Shown here piece after piece: positions 57,347-64,000 of a stretch of DNA of 64,000 nucleotides. The position numbers and the translations under genes were made by a program. Below the pieces are notes generated by a model. It ran no database searches, was not told the DNA's origin, and saw only the letters and a list, made by a program, of their open reading frames with translations. Each line of letters opens with the position of its first letter. The first letter of the stretch is position 1. This DNA is from a virus: positions 32,281 through 96,280 of IMG/VR virus record IMGVR_UViG_3300050026_000055. One strand, 5' to 3'.

Positions 57347-57422
57347 GCCGGGATAGCTCAGTTGGTAGAGCAGTGGTTTTGTAAACCTCAGGTCGCAGGT
57401 TCGATTCCTGTTCCCGGCTCCA
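57347..57422 (+). tRNA. tRNA-Thr (TGT)
   Basis: Canonical cloverleaf GCCGGGA/TCCCGGC, D-arm TAGCTCAGTTGGTAGAGC, loop TTTGTAA, GTTCGATTC, encoded CCA. Confidence 0.93.
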
Positions 57423-57468
57423 CACTTTATTCATGTATAGACAATGAACCAATATTATTTAGGTGTTT

Positions 57469-57813
57469 ATGAAAAATGGAGACTATAATTTAATAATAGC
57501 GCCGATAGATTATCCCGGCAAACGGTATCGTGGTCGTTATGCATATGAACACATCGTTGAATTTTGGAAAACCACAGGAAGACTGCCTATTCCGGGGCAT
57601 ATAATTCATCACGACAATGAGAATAAACGAGACAATGTTTTTTGTAATCTTAAAGAGATACAAAATGGTGTACACACAAGTATGCACCATTTGCCATCAA
57701 CCGCTGAACATGGAACTGCAACGCGGTATCGGCGCGGTTGCCGCTGCATAGATTGTAGAGTAGCAAAAACAGAGTCACAAAAACGGTGGCGTAACAGAAA
57801 AAGGACAGCCTAA
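57469..57813 (+). CDS. HNH endonuclease
   Basis: YAYEHIV...IIHHDNENKRDN...NL...H; HGTATRY...CRCIDC. Confidence 0.8.
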   Translation: MKNGDYNLIIAPIDYPGKRYRGRYAYEHIVEFWKTTGRLPIPGHIIHHDNENKRDNVFCNLKEIQNGVHTSMHHLPSTAEHGTATRYRRGCRCIDCRVAKTESQKRWRNRKRTA

Positions 57814-57837
57814 AAAGCTGTCCTCTTTTTTTTGTCT
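57799..57837. terminator. bidirectional intrinsic terminator
   Basis: AGGACAGC/GCTGTCCT hairpin with T-tract between convergent genes. Confidence 0.8.
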
Positions 57838-57859
57838 ATATATTATTATTATTTAGTTA

Positions 57860-58039
57860 TTACCTTTCTTTCCACCAATTGCATAGGCTATCCCAGATAC
57901 GCGGCCCATGCCTGTCATCTGGAGACGTGTGGCAATAATTAGAGCCATCACTCTCTCGTACCCACATACAACGGTCTGCAGCGAACACTAAATCGTATAC
58001 AATACATTTATTACAAAAGCGACATCTAGCTATCTTCAT
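57860..58039 (-). CDS. hypothetical protein
   Basis: GGAGG RBS before ATG 58039. Confidence 0.5.
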   Translation of the reverse strand: MKIARCRFCNKCIVYDLVFAADRCMWVRESDGSNYCHTSPDDRHGPRIWDSLCNWWKER

Positions 58040-58235
58040 ATTCCTCCTTGATGTAACTCTGACAGCGTAATTCTCTTCCACACATCCGCTCGTAAAAATA
58101 CGCATCAAATTTCGGGATAAAGACTATTCTTGTACTATCAGGCGGCGGCGACTCTTCCCACGGTCCAAATAGCGAGTAGAAATAAGATACCGGACGGTTG
58201 GATAGCCTTAGCTTAATTCTTGTCTTTTGTCTCAT
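58026..58235 (-). CDS. hypothetical protein
   Basis: Translationally coupled (ATGA overlap). Confidence 0.45.
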   Translation of the reverse strand: MRQKTRIKLRLSNRPVSYFYSLFGPWEESPPPDSTRIVFIPKFDAYFYERMCGRELRCQSYIKEEYEDS

Positions 58236-58441
58236 TTTGAGACACTATTTTCAATATTCAAGAGTCGCCTGAGTATTTCATTATGAGAACAGACACATTC
58301 ATCATAAGGATACTTACAGACAACGCAAGTGCAGCACGGACCATGACAGCCGGGAAAAGAGTTCTTAGGAAGTATCTCTACGCCCTTCAGAACGCCTTCG
58401 TCAATAAGAACAGAGAGTATACGTTCCATAACTTTAGTCAT
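58232..58441 (-). CDS. Cys-rich hypothetical protein
   Basis: Leaderless start after promoter; CHGPCCTCVVC...CVC. Confidence 0.55.
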   Translation of the reverse strand: MTKVMERILSVLIDEGVLKGVEILPKNSFPGCHGPCCTCVVCKYPYDECVCSHNEILRRLLNIENSVSK

Positions 58442-58447
58442 GCAAAC

Positions 58448-58476
58448 ATAATAACACACCAGAGGCATACTGTCAA
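58448..58476 (-). promoter_or_regulatory. sigma70-type promoter (leaderless)
   Basis: TTGACA-17-TATTAT with extended TG, 6 nt before ATG. Confidence 0.75.
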
Positions 58477-58664
58477 GATAAAAAGAAGCGATTTGCGAAG
58501 CTAGAGCATAAGATAATGTACACCATATAGAGTAGGGTTAAGAATCAGACCACAATAGATAATAGTGTATAGCGTACCAAAAATTTTAAAAAATATAGGG
58601 CACCTATCTCATACAAAACAAAAAGAAAAGAGACACGCAGAAGTATATAGAAACCTAAATCTGA

Positions 58665-58698
58665 AACGTCACGGAACGTCACGGAACGTCACGGAACG
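58665..58698. repeat. 10-bp tandem repeat AACGTCACGG, about 3.4 copies
   Basis: Direct reading. Confidence 0.9.
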
Positions 58699-59015
58699 GC
58701 GTGAGGCCGGGTAAGCATAGGCTGGCGTGCGAGACGGCGTGGGGCGCTCTGGCGCCCGGTAAGGCAAACACTTTAGGTACTACTAACGCCATTAGAATCA
58801 TATAGATACAGACCAAACTTATACATCTATAAGCTGTGCTTATGGCCGCGAATAACTGGGTCGATCTGGTTTAAACTTGGCGCGATTCGCCCGCCCCGTA
58901 ATTCTCTGGTAACATTGGAGTTACCCGTACTATACATTATAGTGTAGTGTATAGCCAACAGCTCACGTCCGCCCCCGTCCGTCTCATTTTGAGAATGGCA
59001 GCAAAATTGCCGGGC

Positions 59016-59290
59016 TTGCGGGTCGCTTCGTTCGTCTCTGTTCTTGTGTCGTGCTGGTTGCGGGTCGCTTCGTTCGTTCGTGTGTCGTGTCTGCTGGCTG
59101 GCTGCAGGTCGCTTCGTTCGTCTCTGGTTCGTCTCTGGTTCGTGTCTGGTTCGTGTCTGATCTGGTCTGATCTGGTTCGAGTGTATACGGTACACTCAGC
59201 TTTCTGGCGTCTCTGATCTGTTCGTCTCTGGTCTGTCTGTCTGTCTCATTCTATTTTGTTCGTCTCTCATTCTGTCTCTGTTCTGTTTCA
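59016..59290. repeat. A-poor degenerate repeat tract
   Basis: TGC(G/A)GGTCGCTTCGTTCGT at 59016, 59058 and 59102, then GTTCGTCTCTG/TCTG units. Confidence 0.8.
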
Positions 59291-59430
59291 GATGACTAGC
59301 ACTTTCGTCTTATTAACTATTAGTAACTATCTGTTCAAGACTAGTAATTAATCATACACTCCACAGTTTGAACGCATATAACAATGATAAAATCGGACGT
59401 TAAAATCTGCTCGTTATTATCACTGCTATC

Positions 59431-59473
59431 TGTGATCAGCATCACAGAATTACGGCACGTTATACGCTAGTCT
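59431..59473 (+). promoter_or_regulatory. CRP-box class II promoter
   Basis: TGTGA-TCAGCA-TCACA, 21 nt, then TAGTCT. Confidence 0.7.
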
Positions 59474-59518
59474 AACCAAGTCGTAAGCACAGAATATACT
59501 AGTTACTAGGGAGATAAC

Positions 59519-59701
59519 ATGCAAAATCGTGATACGGAATCTATTGAATTTTGGGCCATGATAGGCTCAAGTCTATCTGTACCTCACATATTGGCCGATG
59601 CGTCAATCGTTCTGCCCGCGCCCACAATAGTTCGGACGATTCAACCCGTAGCTAAGGGCAACGGTTTACTGTCACTCGAAGTATTCAAAAGGAGTGTATG
59701 A
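59519..59701 (+). CDS. hypothetical protein
   Basis: GGAG RBS. Confidence 0.45.
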   Translation: MQNRDTESIEFWAMIGSSLSVPHILADASIVLPAPTIVRTIQPVAKGNGLLSLEVFKRSV

Positions 59702-59928
59702 CAATGTTACATTTACTTTTTCTTGGTTTCATGTTCGGCTTATTAATTCGTGCATGTTATGTCGTCTACTATGCTGGTTGGGGAGCAGCGCGCAAAGAGT
59801 GCAAAGAATTGAAAGCAAAAAGGCTGCAAGAAGCAAACTGTTCAATAGGCAAGCATGATTATGCTTATGGCTTAATGGTGTGCTCTTGCAGACACAAATG
59901 GGGCGTGCCTAATGACTCGAATCTGTAG
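59698..59928 (+). CDS. small membrane protein
   Basis: AAGGAG RBS; N-terminal TM helix. Confidence 0.55.
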   Translation: MTMLHLLFLGFMFGLLIRACYVVYYAGWGAARKECKELKAKRLQEANCSIGKHDYAYGLMVCSCRHKWGVPNDSNL

Positions 59929-60109
59929 CACTTGCAAAATTGAACTTGGCGAAAAATGCGAAAAATGTGGCGTTAAAATCACTGCGACTTGGGCAGAGGG
60001 CGAGGGCGCTTTTGTCTGTACTTGTGGGCACACGTTTGATAAGGGTTCGGGCGGAATCTCTCATGGCTATTGTAGCCCGTGTCTTGAAGTATTCAAAAGG
60101 AGTGTATGA
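59912..60109 (+). CDS. small Zn-finger-like protein
   Basis: CSTC, CEKC, CTC and SHGYCSPC. Confidence 0.6.
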   Translation: MTRICSTCKIELGEKCEKCGVKITATWAEGEGAFVCTCGHTFDKGSGGISHGYCSPCLEVFKRSV

Positions 60110-60234
60110 CAATGCCTAACGATATGCTTGGTAAAATCGTTTTCGTTTCACTGTTTTTGTTCTTGCAGTGTTTGTTAGCTTATGGTGTCGGGCGTCTAAT
60201 TATGTTTTTGTTCTGTATGCTCACAAAAGCATAA
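60106..60234 (+). CDS. 42-aa hydrophobic peptide (absent from ORF track)
   Basis: AAGGAG RBS; MTMPNDMLGKIVFVSLFLFLQCLLAYGVGRLIMFLFCMLTKA. Confidence 0.5.
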   Translation: MTMPNDMLGKIVFVSLFLFLQCLLAYGVGRLIMFLFCMLTKA

Positions 60235-60245
60235 TCACCATGGTC

Positions 60246-60288
60246 TGTGACCAGTATCACAGAACTATATTGCTCGGAAGTCTAATCT
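60246..60288 (+). promoter_or_regulatory. CRP-box class II promoter
   Basis: TGTGA-CCAGTA-TCACA, 21 nt, then TAATCT. Confidence 0.7.
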
Positions 60289-60309
60289 TGTTTCAAGGAG
60301 ATTATTAAA

Positions 60310-62307
60310 ATGACCATTGCGACACAAGGCGTGGAATACGGTCTTGAGCCGTTATATCGCACGCAAAAAGCAAAAGGAATTAAGGCACTTAAAGACTCAG
60401 GGTTTAAAGTCCCCGAGTTTGCAGTGTACGAGATAGAACAGTTTGTGGAATCTAACTTGGGGTTCGGAAAATTATCGCCTGATGTTTTGATTGGGCGATT
60501 CGTGCGCCCGTGCCCTATGGTTCCGCGTCATGGTTTTGTAGACTCTCGCCCAATCCGTAACACGCAAGAAGCCGAACAGATAATTGCAGAGACGTATGCC
60601 GTAGAACACGAAGCCGAACTAGTTTCAATGCCAGTAGTCAACGCGGACTATAGTGCGATTTTTACTAATGGCAAGCTAATCGTTGGGCCTAATAACGATG
60701 GCGCAACGGCGGGTATCGGGAGTAGAGTTATTCCGACTATTGGAAAGCCCCACTTGCACGATTATAAATGGTCAGAAGCCTGCGAACGGGCGGGAATAAC
60801 AGAGGAACCTTTTGCTGAGTTACTGTGGAATAAAATCAGCTCTGAAGAATACTATTGCTCCTTCGTTCAATTACGGAATGGGCCCAAAGTCCCCGATGTA
60901 CGCGACTTTATACCCGCTGAAACAGTAGTCAAAAAGATAGTGCAATGCATTACTGCGGAAATTGACGGCAAACCCGCCGTAGTCGACGAAAACGGCGTGC
61001 TAATTGACTTGGTAGCATGGGAGACTACTGTAAAGACGTTCACCCCCGGGACTGTAGTCTATTTTCCGGGCGGAACACTAGCTGCGCATATTGGGATCCA
61101 TTGTTTTTTGTCCAATGTACCTGTAGTCACTACGTTCAAACCAGAAGTCGGGCAAACCTTGAAACAATTGGAAGCAAAACCAGAGCAAAGTATTGATAAA
61201 ATCAAGGCGGGCTTTGTGCTGGGATGTAATGCTAAAATCAGCTATAAGGTAGCTTGTTATGCAATGTTAGCGGGCTGCCATAGTATTACAGCATGGTCCG
61301 GGCGACAGGATGTACTGTTAGGCTTTGCGCTGGGTTGCTGTTATCGGCTGCTAATCACTGCGGGCTTGGGGGAATATCGCCATTCGCCAAAGAGAGAGAG
61401 GGCGCGAAAACCTCACAGAGACTCAGTATACTCTCACTGCTGGAATAAAATACTTGCTCAAACCACGCGCGCAAAATACTGCAAAAGTATTGACTCATTT
61501 GCAAATGAGCCATGGGGCGCGTCTTTTGGCGGGAAAAATTGGCTGCTACTTACAGGCTATGCGGGGTTAATCTTCAATAGCCTGCTAGATGGCAGTATAA
61601 AATCAGCTTTGGAAAATTTAAATCTTGCAGTAAACTGTTCGCATAATGGCGGGTGGGGCTTCAATAAATTCGTGTCGGAAGCTACCATGAGCGAAGCCGC
61701 AGAGTCGCCCGCCGCAATGTTACTTAGATGCGCCCCAGAGCTATACCAAGCTATTCTGGCGGACGAAGGCAACCCAAAGCTGGCTTCGTGGTTTGTAAAG
61801 CGTAAACACTACGATCTGTCAGAATTAGATGGCATCGAAAACAAGTCATTCAAGTCGGAAGAATTAGACGAATCTTGCAACTGCGGCGAATGTAATTGCG
61901 GCGAATGTAATCCAGATGGGGACTGCGGAAATTCTGACTGCGATTATTGCTATCCCGATCACGACAGTGAGCCGAAAACCAGCAAAACAAAATTAACTAG
62001 TGGGCCGATAGTTTCAGCTCAAGTAAAAATCGTAGAAAATAACGACAATACACTGCTGGCGCATATACAGTACAGACAGCAGACAATGGCTTCCGGATTG
62101 TCGCATCTTACTAAAAATATCACTGTTTCGGGTGGTGAGGTTTACCTGTTAAAGCAGATTGCAAGCAAAACAAGTGCAAGTAAACTAAGCCATACAGGGA
62201 GCAAAACAGAATACTTCCCACTAGTGCATAGTGGTAACTCTAGCTACTGGGTGCTCGGGGAATTGGGAATCCATGGGTTCTATTTTAAATTGCTAGTCAA
62301 CGAATAA
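60310..62307 (+). CDS. divergent PEP-synthase/PPDK-like phosphotransferase (ATP-grasp + phospho-His swivel + unknown C-terminal domain)
   Basis: QKAKGIKALKDSGFKVPEFAV, FVRPCP and VQLRNGP resemble the PPDK ATP-grasp; GGTLAAHIGIHC...VPVV resembles the swivel His motif. Confidence 0.6.
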   Translation: MTIATQGVEYGLEPLYRTQKAKGIKALKDSGFKVPEFAVYEIEQFVESNLGFGKLSPDVLIGRFVRPCPMVPRHGFVDSRPIRNTQEAEQIIAETYAVEHEAELVSMPVVNADYSAIFTNGKLIVGPNNDGATAGIGSRVIPTIGKPHLHDYKWSEACERAGITEEPFAELLWNKISSEEYYCSFVQLRNGPKVPDVRDFIPAETVVKKIVQCITAEIDGKPAVVDENGVLIDLVAWETTVKTFTPGTVVYFPGGTLAAHIGIHCFLSNVPVVTTFKPEVGQTLKQLEAKPEQSIDKIKAGFVLGCNAKISYKVACYAMLAGCHSITAWSGRQDVLLGFALGCCYRLLITAGLGEYRHSPKRERARKPHRDSVYSHCWNKILAQTTRAKYCKSIDSFANEPWGASFGGKNWLLLTGYAGLIFNSLLDGSIKSALENLNLAVNCSHNGGWGFNKFVSEATMSEAAESPAAMLLRCAPELYQAILADEGNPKLASWFVKRKHYDLSELDGIENKSFKSEELDESCNCGECNCGECNPDGDCGNSDCDYCYPDHDSEPKTSKTKLTSGPIVSAQVKIVENNDNTLLAHIQYRQQTMASGLSHLTKNITVSGGEVYLLKQIASKTSASKLSHTGSKTEYFPLVHSGNSSYWVLGELGIHGFYFKLLVNE

Positions 62308-62357
62308 CTGCTAATCGGAAAACGTAGTCAAAATTTAAACAAAAGGAAAACAAGAAA

Positions 62358-63380
62358 ATGAGCAAAAACAAAAAAAGTAAGAGTAAGCCGATTAGCACCC
62401 CAGAATTGCAGAACTTAGTTCTGGAAAGTTCCTCTGTGTCTAATCCAGTGAACGTTTCAAAATTCGATATTGAGCATATAACAGGAATTACGGGTACCTG
62501 GCAAGATGCGCTTTGTGTGTGTCCCTGGTGCAATGGGGATCAGTTTGTTTACGCTTTTGAAGACCACCAAACATTTTACTGTGCAGAATGTAGTGAAGAA
62601 TTTTCTAAAGATGATTGTGACGATTATATGTCCGAAAAAGCGATTGATACCTCGGGAGTAACTCCAAACCAGTACTTGTCTGAAGAGATAGCAGAAGTTA
62701 AAAAGGCATCGGAAGCCGCTTACCAGCGGGGTATAGATGCTGCACAAGACTTGAATAAACAGACACAAGGTAATACATCACAGATACAGCGCGATATCGA
62801 CTTGTCTATTGGAATAACTGGAAAGCAAAAGTCTTTCGATAATTGGAAACCCCAGTTAAAATGCTGCCATGCACCCCAGCAGTTAATAGCAGGTAAGGGC
62901 TGGGGAGTTTGGGCGGGAACAAAAAGCGATTGTTTAGACTCTGCAAGGAATTATGATGTAGTTATGAATCTTACATTTTCCAGTATTAAAGAAAATCACA
63001 GCATCCCAATTCCTGAATTGCAAAAATGGGAGAATTATTCTAGTCCATTTATAGAACTGCAAATGGATTGGCCCGACTACGGTGTTATTGGATTACCGCG
63101 TGCCTTTTGGGAAGATCTAATTACCTACTTGGAACGAAATCATGCAAAGTTGTTAGTGTTTTGCCAGGGTGGGCACGGGCGAACGGGTGCGGCAATCGCT
63201 TGCCTTATGGTAACAGGATTAGGCTATACTGCAAAACAAGCCATAGCATGGATTAGGAAAAATTATTGTGCATCGGCCATAGAGTCTACCTCACAAGAAA
63301 ATTACATTCGCAAAATTGCACGCAAAAGCCGTAAACAAGACGAACCGGAAGTCAAGGCATACGAAGCCGAAAGCAATTAA
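62358..63380 (+). CDS. protein-tyrosine/dual-specificity phosphatase with N-terminal zinc ribbon
   Basis: DWPDYG loop, VFCQGGHGRTG P-loop, IESTSQ loop; CPWC...CAEC. Confidence 0.85.
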   Translation: MSKNKKSKSKPISTPELQNLVLESSSVSNPVNVSKFDIEHITGITGTWQDALCVCPWCNGDQFVYAFEDHQTFYCAECSEEFSKDDCDDYMSEKAIDTSGVTPNQYLSEEIAEVKKASEAAYQRGIDAAQDLNKQTQGNTSQIQRDIDLSIGITGKQKSFDNWKPQLKCCHAPQQLIAGKGWGVWAGTKSDCLDSARNYDVVMNLTFSSIKENHSIPIPELQKWENYSSPFIELQMDWPDYGVIGLPRAFWEDLITYLERNHAKLLVFCQGGHGRTGAAIACLMVTGLGYTAKQAIAWIRKNYCASAIESTSQENYIRKIARKSRKQDEPEVKAYEAESN

Positions 63381-63455
63381 ACAATCGCTGTAATGGTCTG
63401 CAATTGAGATAGTGGGCCATTACAGCATTATAGCCGAACACGAAAGGACAAGAAA

Positions 63456-63731
63456 ATGACTAACTGCAAACCTAATCCAGTTTATTCAATGTATACAGCA
63501 AAAGACTACAGAGACGAACCCATGTATTCACTGTATGCTGATTCAATTGACTTCGAGCAGATGTTAAAAAGACAGAACGAACACGGAAACCTATCTAACG
63601 GGTATTGGGCTGCATGGTTTGCTGCTCGTCGTACGGCTGAGTCTCTCTTAAATGAGGCCAGAGCTATTGGCTGTACTCCAGAGCAATTGGAAGCCTTGAG
63701 AGTAGTTGCTGCCCGAGTTGCGACAGATTAA
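63456..63731 (+). CDS. hypothetical protein
   Basis: AAGGA RBS. Confidence 0.55.
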   Translation: MTNCKPNPVYSMYTAKDYRDEPMYSLYADSIDFEQMLKRQNEHGNLSNGYWAAWFAARRTAESLLNEARAIGCTPEQLEALRVVAARVATD

Positions 63732-63752
63732 AAAGTCCATAAGATTTTCTTA

Positions 63753-63781
63753 TTGACTTATTAGTTCAAAAGTGCTAATAT
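63753..63781 (+). promoter_or_regulatory. sigma70-type promoter
   Basis: TTGACT-17-TAATAT with extended TG. Confidence 0.6.
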
Positions 63782-63923
63782 AGATTCAGGTTTTGATAAG
63801 GAAATCTAATCTATGTTAGCACTTATTATTTATAAGCTGTTTTCGCCATTTTCTACAATTCCACAATTCTGCTGGAATATCGCACAAAATAGCTTGCACA
63901 GTTTAACTGTGAGACGTTCACGA

Positions 63924-64000
63924 GCCAGCGGTGAGCCAGCACGCCGTCCGATGGCCAGCGGTGAGCCAGCACGCCGTCCGATGGCCAGCGGTGAGCCAGC
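63924..64000. repeat. 30-bp GC-rich tandem repeat, runs off window
   Basis: GCCAGCGGTGAGCCAGCACGCCGTCCGATG, about 2.6 copies. Confidence 0.9.

Noticed and set aside
59016-59121. Possible mini-CRISPR array (20-bp repeats, 22-24-bp gaps)
   Set aside because: The gaps resemble each other and the surrounding low-complexity tract, so this is a degenerate tandem repeat; no cas genes.
58827-59216. ORFs 58827..59195 (-) and 58947..59216 (+)
   Set aside because: Open only because the repeat tract lacks stop codons; low-complexity translations.
63908-63922. Third CRP box TGTGA-GACGT-TCACG
   Set aside because: Spacer is 5 nt rather than 6 and there is no correctly spaced -10.
63924-64000. Possible CRISPR repeats
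   Set aside because: Units are contiguous and identical with no unique spacers.
1-64000. Integrase, repressor, reverse transcriptase/DGR or cas genes
   Set aside because: No recognisable motifs in this window; lifestyle cannot be determined from it.

Overview
64-kb segment of a tailed dsDNA phage genome with podovirus-like head/tail and ejection-protein organisation. The host is uncertain; a Clp-ATPase motif and secreted Cys-rich proteins hint at Acidobacteriota, which is inference only. Minus strand 2.6-46.8 kb: lysis/membrane genes, internal virion proteins (one with a lytic transglycosylase), tail nozzle/adaptors/fibres, an N4-gp56-like major capsid gene, scaffold, portal, terminase, lysozyme, HNHs and RNase H. 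Plus strand 46.9-57.8 kb: family A DNA polymerase, class II ribonucleotide reductase, dCMP deaminase, phosphoesterases, tmRNA and tRNA-Thr, with many free-standing HNH genes. After a repeat-rich gap (58.6-59.3 kb) a probable early region begins. Main findings: (1) the major capsid gene is split into four exons by three group I introns, each with a homing endonuclease, and splices cleanly to 348 aa; (2) a permuted two-piece tmRNA with tag ANEETLAMEAAA; (3) a transposase-less IS1595-like cassette with TIRs and an 8-bp target duplication upstream of the polymerase; (4) two perfect CRP-box class II promoters, one in front of an unusual ATP-grasp/phospho-His swivel kinase and tyrosine-phosphatase pair; (5) a GC-rich block of signal-peptide-bearing, Cys-rich fibre-like genes inside the virion operon; (6) probable ATT start codons and many leaderless promoters. 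All calls were made by eye, with no database searches.
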